Shown in pieces: positions 49,293 through 58,537 of a stretch of 64,000 bases of DNA (its first letter is position 1; each line of letters opens with the position of its first letter). The position numbers and the translations under genes were made by a program. The stretch is from Deltaproteobacteria bacterium (GTDB taxonomy: Bacteria; Myxococcota_A; Polyangia; Fen-1088), in the NCBI GenBank assembly GCA_033763315.1, contig JANRKS010000036.1:12912-76911 (forward strand), read 5' to 3'. The notes beneath the pieces are model-generated. The model saw nothing but the letters and a program-made list of their open reading frames with translations. It searched no databases and had not been told where the DNA came from.

Positions 49293-50366
49293 ATGACGAC
49301 TTCCCCACTTGACAGCATTGTTGAACTTTTGGGCAAGGACGCTCAGGCTTTGCTTGACCACAAAGCCAAGGTGCCCAAAGAAGCCTTGACCCTTCCGGGG
49401 CCCGACTTTGTTGATCGCGTTCTGACACATTCCGATCGAAGGCCCGGAACGCTTGGAAACTTCCAACGCATCTTGAACAGCGGGCGCCTTGGCGGCACCG
49501 GGTACCTTTCGATCCTGCCCGTGGATCAAGGCATCGAACATTCAGGCGCCGCATCGTTCGCGCCCAATCCGGAAATGTTCGACCCTGAAAACATCATCAA
49601 GTTGGCCATTGAGGGCGGATGCAACTGTGTGTGCAGCACATTTGGTGTGCTCGGCATGATGGCGCGCAAATATGCGCACAAGATCCCGTTTATGGTGAAG
49701 CTAAACCATAACGAAATATTCTCGTATCCCAACATCTACGACGAGACGATGTTCGGGAATGTGAAGCAAGCCTGGAACATGGGCGCGGTTGCGGTGGGTG
49801 CCACGGTTTACTGGGGTTCAGCCGAATCGCGGCGCCAGTTGCAAGAGGTGTCCGAAGCCTTTGCGCAAGCTCATGAGCTGGGCATGGTGACGGTGCTGTG
49901 GTGTTACACGCGCAACAAGGCCTTCAAAACGGACAAGGCCGATTACCACACGGCCGCTGATTTCACGGGCCAAGCCAATCATTTGGGCGTGACCATCCAA
50001 GCTGACATCATCAAACAAAAGGCGCCCACGAACAACGGTGGCTACAACGATCCGGCGCTCAAGGGATTTGGCAAAACCCATCCGAAGGTCTATTCGGAAC
50101 TGACCACCGATAACCCGATCGATCTCACGCGTTATCAGTTGATGAATTGCTACATGGGTCGCGCCGGCTTGATCAATTCAGGGGGTGAATCCAAAGGCGA
50201 CAGCGACTTGGCCGAAGCGGTTCATACGGCCGTGGTCAACAAGCGTGCGGGCGGCATGGGTCTCATTTTGGGGCGCAAGGCTTTTCAACGTCCCATGCGC
50301 GACGGTGTGAAGCTGCTCAACGCGGTTCAAGACGTTTATTTGAACGCGGCCGTCACGATCGCCTAG
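49293..50366 (+). CDS. fbaB: Class I fructose-bisphosphate aldolase
   Basis: [46 protein letters not shown]. Confidence 0.96.
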   Translation: MTTSPLDSIVELLGKDAQALLDHKAKVPKEALTLPGPDFVDRVLTHSDRRPGTLGNFQRILNSGRLGGTGYLSILPVDQGIEHSGAASFAPNPEMFDPENIIKLAIEGGCNCVCSTFGVLGMMARKYAHKIPFMVKLNHNEIFSYPNIYDETMFGNVKQAWNMGAVAVGATVYWGSAESRRQLQEVSEAFAQAHELGMVTVLWCYTRNKAFKTDKADYHTAADFTGQANHLGVTIQADIIKQKAPTNNGGYNDPALKGFGKTHPKVYSELTTDNPIDLTRYQLMNCYMGRAGLINSGGESKGDSDLAEAVHTAVVNKRAGGMGLILGRKAFQRPMRDGVKLLNAVQDVYLNAAVTIA

Positions 50367-50368
50367 CC

Positions 50369-51388
50369 ATGACCACACCTTCCGCAGCCCCGTTCACAGT
50401 CGGCGTCTATGACACCAAGCCTTATGACCAGGAGGCACTTGTGAACGCAGCTGCCCCAGGCACATTGGCGTTCCGCTTCTTCGACTTCCGCCTGTCTTCG
50501 GCCACAGCTTCGTCCGCCGCAGGCTGTGAAGCCGTTTGCGTGTTCGTCAACGATAAGGTCGATGCGGATTGTTTACGCATCCTCGTCTCAGCGGGGGTGC
50601 GCCTCATCGCGCTTCGCTGCGCGGGCTTCAACAACGTGGATGTAGCAACTGCCAAGCAGCTTGGGTTGACCGTGGTCAGGGTGCCGGCTTATTCACCGGA
50701 AGCCGTGGCCGAGCATGCGTTGGCGTTGCTGCTCACGTTGAACCGCCACACCCACCGTGCTTTTAACCGCGTGCGGGATCTGAATTTCTCCTTGCACGGC
50801 CTTGTGGGTTCCAACATTCACGGCAAGACAGTTGGCATTGTGGGCACGGGCCGGATCGGTCGCGCAACCGCGCGCATTTTCGCTGGATTTGGCGTGCGCC
50901 TCATCGGGTACGACGTTGAGCCCGACGTCACTTGGTCCGGCACGTGCGGCCTCACTTATCTCCCGCTTCCCGACTTACTCGCCACATGCGACATTATCAG
51001 CTTGCACGTTCCCCTCACACCGCAGTCCAAACACCTCATCAATGCCGAACGGTTGGCGCAAATGAAGCGCGGTGTGTTTCTCATCAACACAAGCCGCGGC
51101 AAACTCATTAACACGCGGCATTTGATCGATGCGCTCAAACGTGGTCACATGGGTGGCGTGGCGTTAGATGTCTACGAGGAAGAGGAAGGCATCTTCTTCG
51201 AGGACCATTCGGAAGAGCCATTGCAAGACGACGTGCTGGCGCGTCTGTTGACATTTCCCAACGTCCTCGTCACAGCTCACCAGGCGTTCTTGACCCATGA
51301 AGCCTTGGCACAAATTGCCGCGACCACGCTCGGCAACCTGCAAAAATTTCGGGACCGGGCGCCGTGCGAGGTGGACACGTTACTCTGA
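50369..51388 (+). CDS. ldhA: D-lactate dehydrogenase (2-hydroxyacid dehydrogenase)
   Basis: LRCAGFNNVD, RVPAYSPEAVAEHA, INTSRG, LDVYEEE, TAHQAFLT. Confidence 0.92.
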   Translation: MTTPSAAPFTVGVYDTKPYDQEALVNAAAPGTLAFRFFDFRLSSATASSAAGCEAVCVFVNDKVDADCLRILVSAGVRLIALRCAGFNNVDVATAKQLGLTVVRVPAYSPEAVAEHALALLLTLNRHTHRAFNRVRDLNFSLHGLVGSNIHGKTVGIVGTGRIGRATARIFAGFGVRLIGYDVEPDVTWSGTCGLTYLPLPDLLATCDIISLHVPLTPQSKHLINAERLAQMKRGVFLINTSRGKLINTRHLIDALKRGHMGGVALDVYEEEEGIFFEDHSEEPLQDDVLARLLTFPNVLVTAHQAFLTHEALAQIAATTLGNLQKFRDRAPCEVDTLL

Positions 51389-51522
51389 TTTCCTGGTGGC
51401 CGCCACAGCGGTCACATGTGAGGAGGCGCGAGCATGGGCGCAGCCAGGAGCCGGTCCACCTTGGTCAAAAGCGCGCGCCAGGGTCTAGAAAGTGGGACAT
51501 TTTGCCGACTTGATCCTCAACT

Positions 51523-52632
51523 GTGAATGCCCCCGCGGCCTCCGGCCACACCGAAAACAACGACATCCTCTACGTGGCGGACCGGCACCTGAATGTGGTG
51601 CTGGTCAACGACCACTGGCACGCGTTTGCAGAGAACAATGACGGCCGCGCCGCGTTTACGCCTGGCGCAAGAACAAACCTGCTCGATAGCTTCAGCGGGT
51701 CTGAACGCAGCCGTTGGCAGGCGATCTACAAATCGCTTATTGAAGGGCAAATGCCGTTCTACGAGGCTGACTTCTTGTGCCCGTCGCCACACGAGTGGCG
51801 CGTGTTCAAGCTCCGAATCGAACGGCACCACGATGACTCCGCTGGCCTATTGCTGGTTCACCGGATCATTCGACAGCCGCAAGACAATCGCCAAGACACC
51901 AAGCCCGCCCAGGCTCGTGGTCGGCTAAGCGTTGATCTCGGCCTGCATGCGGCGGGCTTCACGATCGCCTCATCATTGGAGCCGCTGCTGGAAACAAGCG
52001 GTGACCTGATCTGGTGCCGCGGGTACAAGCATGGGCAGGCTGATTTCGTGATCGCAGATGCCGCCGGCCATGGAGCGGCCGCGTCCCAACTTGCGCTTCG
52101 GGTGGGGGCGATTCTGGACCAGGTCGCCCGCGCCTCCCATTCAGTGTCTGCAAACGTCACCGAGCTTAATGCACAGCTTTGTGCACAAATGGCCGCCACG
52201 CGCGGGGCCGAGGTCACGAGGGTGGATTTCGCCACGGGATTGTACGTGCGTATCGATCGGCAAGCACGGACAACCACAATCTGCAGCTTTGGCCACCCCG
52301 GCGCGATCTTCGCGAAAACAGGCTACGTTCAACCGGCACCCGGGCTGCCTGTTGGCATCCGCACCGAGGGCGGCTGGATCGAACAGCCCTACAGTTTCGA
52401 GCAGTACGGCGCCCAGCTCCTGATGTTCACTGACGGCATCACAGAACAATTTAATCCCACGGGCCGCATGCTGGGACACGCCCAACTGGCGCAATTTTAT
52501 GTTGAACATGCGCACCTTCATCCCCCACAGCGGCTTGAAAAAATTCAAAACGCTGTAGCCGTGTTTCGCGGCGATGCTTTGGTCAAAGACGACCAAGCGC
52601 TGCTGTTGGTAGATACGTTGAGCGTTGTTTGA
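51523..52632 (+). CDS. PAS-like + SpoIIE (PP2C) phosphatase
   Basis: SGD, IADAAGHG, FTDGITE, DDQAL; N-terminal VVLVNDHWHAFA. Confidence 0.85.
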   Translation: MNAPAASGHTENNDILYVADRHLNVVLVNDHWHAFAENNDGRAAFTPGARTNLLDSFSGSERSRWQAIYKSLIEGQMPFYEADFLCPSPHEWRVFKLRIERHHDDSAGLLLVHRIIRQPQDNRQDTKPAQARGRLSVDLGLHAAGFTIASSLEPLLETSGDLIWCRGYKHGQADFVIADAAGHGAAASQLALRVGAILDQVARASHSVSANVTELNAQLCAQMAATRGAEVTRVDFATGLYVRIDRQARTTTICSFGHPGAIFAKTGYVQPAPGLPVGIRTEGGWIEQPYSFEQYGAQLLMFTDGITEQFNPTGRMLGHAQLAQFYVEHAHLHPPQRLEKIQNAVAVFRGDALVKDDQALLLVDTLSVV

Positions 52633-52641
52633 TGATCCGCT

Positions 52642-53523
52642 TCAACGCAAAAAGCAGACCTTGAATCGCGCACCTGCTTGCGGCTTTACGTGGTGGGGCT
52701 GCTCGGGAGCAATGCCACCATCCACACCCGCGCGCAGCACAAACGCCAGCGGCGCCTCGCCTTCGATGGCGTAGTCAACACGCCCATTCAAAACCACGAT
52801 GCGGCCCCACGTGTTAGAGCGCAAGGTGTGACTTGCCAGCAACGCCTTGGGCACTGAATGCTCATCGAAGATCGCCGTCTCTTTGTACACGACAGCGTTG
52901 GGTGGCAACCGGGGCATCTGGCACAAGACGCACGTGAAGCGCGTGCCAAACTTTTCTTTCCGTCCTTGTTCGGTCATCACCCAAGGCGCGCTTTGGAACG
53001 GCGGCTTGTGCCGTACGTGCTGCTTATGGCCACAGGCAAGCTGAGCAACCCACACGCCAGGCTCAGCCGGGTCGTCTTGAGCAAAACCAATCGCGGGCAC
53101 CTGCGGCTCTGGATCGAGACGCCACACCAACGATGCCAACGTGGCTTCGTCCAACGTGGCTTCGAGGGCGGGAAACCAGGACTGCTCTTCAAAGCGCACG
53201 TGCTCCTCAAGCATCTGCCCAACGGCCGCTGCGTTTGGAAAGTCTCCGCCCTTTGCCTCGTCGAACAACCCGCGCAACCGCGCGTGGTCGCTGCGGACGG
53301 TGGCGGCGTGTTCCGCAACCGCACCCTCATGGCCGTGGCACAAAGGCAGCAGCTCACGCTCTTCCACGCGAAAGTGAGGCAAGACTTGCGTGCGCCACTT
53401 CGTTTGCAGTGACTCCGTGAGCTCAGCCGTAACGTTACCGCTGATCATGCGCAGTTGCCGCGCCAGCACCAAGGCATGGTGGTGCTCACGAGAAAGCGTC
53501 TGCAGCCCGAGGTGTCGTTTCAC
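52642..53523 (-). CDS. Hemerythrin-like + DUF3565 + DUF1971 (YeaR/TehB-N) fusion protein
   Basis: LSREHH/HFRVEE/HVRFEE; WVAQLACGHKQHVRHKPP..CVLC; YKETAIFDEHSVPKALLASH..WGRIVVLNG; probable GTG start 53523. Confidence 0.8.
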   Translation of the reverse strand: MKRHLGLQTLSREHHHALVLARQLRMISGNVTAELTESLQTKWRTQVLPHFRVEERELLPLCHGHEGAVAEHAATVRSDHARLRGLFDEAKGGDFPNAAAVGQMLEEHVRFEEQSWFPALEATLDEATLASLVWRLDPEPQVPAIGFAQDDPAEPGVWVAQLACGHKQHVRHKPPFQSAPWVMTEQGRKEKFGTRFTCVLCQMPRLPPNAVVYKETAIFDEHSVPKALLASHTLRSNTWGRIVVLNGRVDYAIEGEAPLAFVLRAGVDGGIAPEQPHHVKPQAGARFKVCFLR

Positions 53524-53623
53524 CTCAGAAGCTAAGCAGATGCGGACCCTCGCTGCGAGCGGTTGGACGCCGCGTTCGTGTGCACAGGTCAATGCCCATA
53601 TTTCGCCGAAAAAGCGCTTGCGC

Positions 53624-53650
53624 CAAATAGGTGAACAAGATACCTATTTG
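53624..53650. promoter_or_regulatory. Perfect 9-bp inverted repeat, probable Rrf2/NsrR operator
   Basis: CAAATAGGT-gaacaagat-ACCTATTTG ending 2 nt before the regulator ATG. Confidence 0.7.
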
Positions 53651-53652
53651 AT

Positions 53653-54120
53653 ATGCGCTTAACGATGCAGTCCGATTTTGCTTTTCGGACACTCGTTTAC
53701 TTAGCGGCCAAACCGCTGGAGATCGCAAGCGTCAAACAAGTCGCAGACGCTTACGGAATCTCCGCAAACCACCTTTCGAAAATCGCGCAGAAGCTGCAGC
53801 GCGCGGGATTCTTGCAGAGCGTGCGTGGCGCCCAGGGCGGTATGCGGTTGGCACGCCCCGCGGAGCAGATCATGCTTGGCGATGTGATTCGCTGCATGGA
53901 GTCGGCAACGCCGTTGGTCGAGTGCTTCAACATGCCAACCAACACGTGCCCTATCGTATCGGCGTGCGGGCTCAAACGCATTTTGCACGACGCCTACGAA
54001 GCTTTCGCTGCACACCTCGATCAATTCACCGTGGCCGACGCCGTGGGCAAGCCTGCGCTGGTGTCTCGGTTGCTATCACCCACAACTTTGCGTCGGCCCT
54101 CACGAGCGGAGCCACAATGA
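53653..54120 (+). CDS. nsrR: Rrf2 family [Fe-S] regulator, NsrR-like
   Basis: MRLTMQSDFAFRTLVYL, ISANHLSKI, SVRGAQGG, three Cys LVECF...TCPIVSAC. Confidence 0.85.
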   Translation: MRLTMQSDFAFRTLVYLAAKPLEIASVKQVADAYGISANHLSKIAQKLQRAGFLQSVRGAQGGMRLARPAEQIMLGDVIRCMESATPLVECFNMPTNTCPIVSACGLKRILHDAYEAFAAHLDQFTVADAVGKPALVSRLLSPTTLRRPSRAEPQ

Positions 54121-54911
54121 CTGCGCCGATCAGAATGCTTGGCATTTCGCTCTGCCTCGCAGTGAGCCTGCAAGCGTGCGGCGGTGCTGAAGAAGAGCCG
54201 CTCCCGCAACCCTCACCACCTTCGCCCGAAGAACTAAGGGCCGCGGCGCAAGCTGAAGCCGTGCGCGCGTACTGCGGGCCACAGGCCGTTGCCTATGCCG
54301 GCCCGCTCAACACCACGGCCGATTTGACAACGATGCTCAACAGCTTGCCGCGCCCGCTTGATGTGCCGTGTTTTGTGGCTGCGTTGCCCCGCCCCGTTGC
54401 CATCACAGCCACGACCAGCGTGATCAGCTTGCAGCCTGCTTCAGGTCGACGCAACCCGCGCATCTTCATGCAAGCCGGCGGTGGCCTCATCACGTCGATC
54501 ACGATGGTTGGTGAGTTCAGCCAACACGTCGAGACGTCAGAGCCTGAGCCCAACCAGCCTGGCTTCACCGTGAAGGGCGATCTGGTTTTCCCGCGCCAAG
54601 AGCCGTTGCAAGAGGCCGATTTCTATAGCAGCCTCATAACGCCAGAAGGCCCCAGCAGCTGCAGCGGTTGCCACGGCGGCGAATACGTGGCCCGCGAGGT
54701 CAACGGCGTGAATGCCTTTGCCTCACGCGGTCTCAAACCAACGCGCAGTCAAACGGTGCCCATCCCAGATGTACAAGCCTTGGCCGACGAATGCACCGCA
54801 GACGACGCCACACCTCGCTGCCGCATGTTGCGCGCATTGTTCAGGGATCCGCAAGCCATCCTACCGTTGCAGTTCGCGCCCGAGATCCTCACGATCTTTG
54901 GGGGGAAATAG
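54117..54911 (+). CDS. Lipoprotein with one c-type heme motif
   Basis: Lipobox LQAC, CSGCH; ATGA overlap with the nsrR stop. Confidence 0.7.
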   Translation: MTAPIRMLGISLCLAVSLQACGGAEEEPLPQPSPPSPEELRAAAQAEAVRAYCGPQAVAYAGPLNTTADLTTMLNSLPRPLDVPCFVAALPRPVAITATTSVISLQPASGRRNPRIFMQAGGGLITSITMVGEFSQHVETSEPEPNQPGFTVKGDLVFPRQEPLQEADFYSSLITPEGPSSCSGCHGGEYVAREVNGVNAFASRGLKPTRSQTVPIPDVQALADECTADDATPRCRMLRALFRDPQAILPLQFAPEILTIFGGK

Positions 54912-55031
54912 AAAAGCGGGACGCAGACGTGCGCCGTCACTGTAGCCATCACCTCGGTCAGGTGACGCCAAAACGTGCCAACGTTTTGGCCACCATTTGC
55001 ACGATCGCGGTGAACCGAACGCAAGCCGAGC

Positions 55032-55601
55032 TCAAAGGCTCGGTGTTGGCTGCGCAACGACCGCCTTGACCCAATCCACGAGGCGATTGAAGCCAGGTAC
55101 GGCATCGCGAACGATCTGACGTTTTTCAGAGGACTCACCAAACACCAATCGAGCCAGAATATCATCTCTGGTTTGCGGGCTCTTGGCTGGAACATCCACA
55201 TGCATTACGTCACACGCCGCCCTAACGAGGGTCTCCATATTCTCGTGCAAGAGCACGAGATAATAATCCCCAGGCGAAGCGCTGCGAATGGCACCACAGA
55301 TTCCGGAATGGCAGTCATTCGGGCGCTCCGTGGGTAGCCAGAGTTCGAGGATCTTGTCGTGATCGAGGACAGCACAAAGCGGTCCTCTGTTAAGAACCAG
55401 CGGAGCCTCATCCGTCAGAAGGCGCTTGATGGTTCCTGCGCCCTTCTTTGGTTGTCCGCTGAACATGCGCAGAGCGTCCTTGAGATCACAGCCTAGGTCG
55501 TCGGCTATGCACCTGGCGAGGAATTGATCAGGACCATAGTTCTTTGATCGAACCGGCTGCCGCGCGTCCTCCCACCATACTGTGACGATCAACGTTGGCA
55601 C
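55032..55601 (-). CDS. Hypothetical protein with TOPRIM-like acidic motifs
   Basis: VTVWWED, CAVLDHD, ENMETLV; directly downstream of the ATPase. Confidence 0.55.
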   Translation of the reverse strand: MPTLIVTVWWEDARQPVRSKNYGPDQFLARCIADDLGCDLKDALRMFSGQPKKGAGTIKRLLTDEAPLVLNRGPLCAVLDHDKILELWLPTERPNDCHSGICGAIRSASPGDYYLVLLHENMETLVRAACDVMHVDVPAKSPQTRDDILARLVFGESSEKRQIVRDAVPGFNRLVDWVKAVVAQPTPSL

Positions 55602-55622
55602 TCCTCGTTCGCTTTCCGGTCA

Positions 55623-56810
55623 TCAAATGACATGGGGCAAGTAACCTTCTGCGCGAATTGAGCCCAATCCCCGATAACGTTCCAACCAGGCACCCAGCTG
55701 TTCGGGCTTAAGCCTCATTAGTGAAACCGATCCATCGTCCTGCATATGCGTCACAACCACGGACCGGCTTGGCGATGACAATGCATCAAGGAACCGATCA
55801 GAGTGAGTTGCAACAACGACAGGTACCGTTTGCGCAGCATCCTCGAGGATGTGCACCAGATTCACCACCAACTCGGGATGGTAGTGGATGTCAGGCTCAT
55901 CAAACGCCAAGACCGATCTACCGCGGCCTAATTCTACCGCGGCGAGCATCAGGAGAAACGAAAGCTGGCCCTCGGAAAGGGCGCGCAGCGGCAGCGTAAG
56001 GCTTAGGCCGAAGTGAACCAATACGTCGAGCTGGCCGGAGCCTGCAGGCTGGATCGAAAACTGGGTCAGCTGCGGCCCAAGGGCGGCACGAGCACGTTCC
56101 AAGAAGCGCTGCCATGCTTGAAGGTCATTGCGAAGCACCAAAAGTGCCGCAGGAAACTCATGCCCATACCGCTTAAGGCGCTCTGTGTGGTTGGCAGGAG
56201 AAGGCCATCGCGGGCCCTGTCGCCTGTCTAACTGCAGCTGCTGCCATATGGGCCGCACCTCGAAAGGAGGATGATACTCAATCGCCCGGAGAGCCTTGGC
56301 GAGCCGTACGAAGGCTGGATTCGGCGATAGTCCCTGAGCGCCCGCTGCAGCCGCAAGCATCTGCGCAGGTACCTGAGTGATGGGTACGTTGGCCTGGCTA
56401 GATTCGTCAAACCAATAGAACTCGCCCTGACCACGTTTCAAAACGACCCGTGGTTTCTCTCCTTTAGCGAAAAGCATCTCTGCCACAATCTCTGGAACGG
56501 TCCCCGTCAAAGAGACCTTGAAGCCGTAGCTGAGTGGCGGACCATCGCCCTCGATATCGACGCCCAAGCTGAGCGAAGAGGCCCCTCGGCGTAGAAGATC
56601 GACGAAGGGTCCATGCGACTCTTGAAGAGCTTCCATAGCGAAGCTGTTGGCGATCCCTACATGTCGGAGCAGCTCGAGGCACTCAAGCAACGTGCTCTTT
56701 CCACTCCCATTATCACCGATCAGAACCGTCAGACCATCAAGTGTGAGCTCTACGTCTTTGAAAACGCGAAGGTTGCTTATTCGAATCTTTGTAATGCGGT
56801 CGGCGGGCAT
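55623..56810 (-). CDS. ABC/AAA_21-type ATPase (soluble, OLD/AriA-like)
   Basis: Walker A GDNGSGKST, signature LSEGQ, Walker B/D-loop FDEPDIHYHP, H-loop ATHS; no TM partner. Confidence 0.88.
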   Translation of the reverse strand: MPADRITKIRISNLRVFKDVELTLDGLTVLIGDNGSGKSTLLECLELLRHVGIANSFAMEALQESHGPFVDLLRRGASSLSLGVDIEGDGPPLSYGFKVSLTGTVPEIVAEMLFAKGEKPRVVLKRGQGEFYWFDESSQANVPITQVPAQMLAAAAGAQGLSPNPAFVRLAKALRAIEYHPPFEVRPIWQQLQLDRRQGPRWPSPANHTERLKRYGHEFPAALLVLRNDLQAWQRFLERARAALGPQLTQFSIQPAGSGQLDVLVHFGLSLTLPLRALSEGQLSFLLMLAAVELGRGRSVLAFDEPDIHYHPELVVNLVHILEDAAQTVPVVVATHSDRFLDALSSPSRSVVVTHMQDDGSVSLMRLKPEQLGAWLERYRGLGSIRAEGYLPHVI

Positions 56811-57034
56811 GGGAGTCCTTGCGGCGGCAGAACACATTACCATGGGCAGGGACCGCCTTGTCCACTCCCCGTCGCCCTCCCCCAGCCCCCGTTCCGGTGG
56901 CGAAGCGAAACTCACTTCATGTTTTGCCGCACCCAGCCGATAGGGCTGACGTGCTTCACAACGGGGGCACGAACGCGCTCGGACCACGCAACAGGAAACG
57001 GCGCGCTCTCAACGATCTTTGCCGGAGACCTGCC

Positions 57035-58459
57035 TTGAGATACCAAGTCATTGCCGCTATTTCATTTTGTGTGGCGCTTGCCGCGTGCGGATCGAGCGGC
57101 AGCTCGAATTCCAAAGCGGATGCCGCCGTTAACGCCGAAGACGCCTCAGGCTCTGGTTCCACCGGAGGAAGCGGCGGCTCTTCTATGGGAACCGGGGGCG
57201 CGGGCCTCAACATGGGGGCCGCAGGCATGGGCGGCGCGGGAACGGGCGGCGCAGACGCTGGTGTGGCGGACGCTGCGGTCGACGCCAATAGCGTGGACGC
57301 ACAGGTGGATGCCTTCGTTAACCCTTGCACAGTGAACAACGGCGGTTGTGATGCGAAGACAACGTGCACCGTCGGCGCGCAAGGCGCGGTGGTGTGTGGC
57401 GCCTGCCCCACGGGATACACAGGCACTGGCGCCACGGCGTGCACAGACATCAACGAATGCGACACCAACAACGGCGGCTGTGATTCACACGCCTTGTGCA
57501 CAAACACGCCGGGCGCGCGGACCTGCGGTGCGTGCCCCACGGGCTACACTGGAACCGGCGAAACCACGTGCACAGACATCAATGAATGTGACACGAACAA
57601 CGGTGGTTGTGACAGCTTGGCTACCTGTATGAACATGCCCGGCTCGCGCGTGTGTGGAAGCTGCCCCATGGGCTATTCGGGCACCGGCGAAACTTCGTGT
57701 GTCGACATCAACGAGTGCGCCGCACAGACGCCGGCTTGCGATCCCCTTGTGTCGTGCACAAATTCGACGGGCAGCTTTACCTGCGGTGCTTGCCCCGCAG
57801 GATACACAGGCGGCGGCCTTTCTGGTTGCATGGACATCAACGAGTGCGCCAACAACAACGGTGGTTGCGACGCCTTGACCACCTGCACGAACACCCCCGG
57901 CACACGCACCTGCAGCGCTTGCCCGGCGGGCTACATGGGCACAGGCGCCACGGGTTGCGTGAACATCGACGATTGCGCCAACAACCCCTGCCAAAACGGC
58001 GGCACCTGCGCCGACGGCGTGAACGCTTACACATGCACTTGTGCGGCCGGCTACAGCGGCAACACATGCGCAACGAATGTTGATGAATGCGCGGGCAACC
58101 CTTGCCAAAACGGCGGCACATGCGTGGATGGCGTCAATGCTTATACATGCACCTGCCCCGGCGGCTACACAGGCACCAACTGCGAGACAGTTGCGCCCAG
58201 CGTGAAGATCTTGCTTCACTGCGACGCCAACTCACAAGTGTTGAACACGTTTAGCGGCAGCGGTTGCTTCGGCCCTGTCGCCGCTGGCGGCGCTTCGTAT
58301 GCGATCCTCTCGGGAGGCTTGGCCAGCGTCACGGTGTGGTCGGGCCCGGACTGCACGGGTTGCTCTTACGTGGTGAACAGCAACACCAACTTCTGCGGCG
58401 CCAACTTCTCAGGGTGCGGCGGTCTGAACGACAACGTGAAGTCGGTGAGCATCCCGTAG
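57035..58459 (+). CDS. Lipoprotein with seven EGF-like repeats and a beta/gamma-crystallin-like C-terminus
   Basis: TTG start after GGAGA, lipobox LAAC, DINEC..NNGGC repeats, two NPCQNGGTC repeats, ends LNDNVKSVSIP. Confidence 0.85.
   Translation: MRYQVIAAISFCVALAACGSSGSSNSKADAAVNAEDASGSGSTGGSGGSSMGTGGAGLNMGAAGMGGAGTGGADAGVADAAVDANSVDAQVDAFVNPCTVNNGGCDAKTTCTVGAQGAVVCGACPTGYTGTGATACTDINECDTNNGGCDSHALCTNTPGARTCGACPTGYTGTGETTCTDINECDTNNGGCDSLATCMNMPGSRVCGSCPMGYSGTGETSCVDINECAAQTPACDPLVSCTNSTGSFTCGACPAGYTGGGLSGCMDINECANNNGGCDALTTCTNTPGTRTCSACPAGYMGTGATGCVNIDDCANNPCQNGGTCADGVNAYTCTCAAGYSGNTCATNVDECAGNPCQNGGTCVDGVNAYTCTCPGGYTGTNCETVAPSVKILLHCDANSQVLNTFSGSGCFGPVAAGGASYAILSGGLASVTVWSGPDCTGCSYVVNSNTNFCGANFSGCGGLNDNVKSVSIP
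57443..58185 (+). repeat. Intragenic tandem EGF repeats (129-bp units followed by two shorter units)
   Basis: acagacatcaa(c/t)gaatg at 57443 and 57572 (129-bp period). Confidence 0.85.
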
Positions 58460-58482
58460 CCACTGTCTTCGAGCGCTTGATC

Positions 58483-58520
58483 AAAAGGGGGTCCGACACA
58501 TGGTCGGGCCCTTTTCTTTT
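58483..58520. terminator. Probable bidirectional intrinsic terminator
   Basis: AAAAGGGGGTCCGAC...GTCGGGCCCTTTTCTTTT between convergent genes. Confidence 0.7.
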
Positions 58521-58537
58521 TAGACAAAGGCCACCCA

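Noticed and set aside
57443-58185. Periodic repeats that might be a CRISPR array
   Set aside because: In-frame degenerate protein repeats without unique spacers or cas genes
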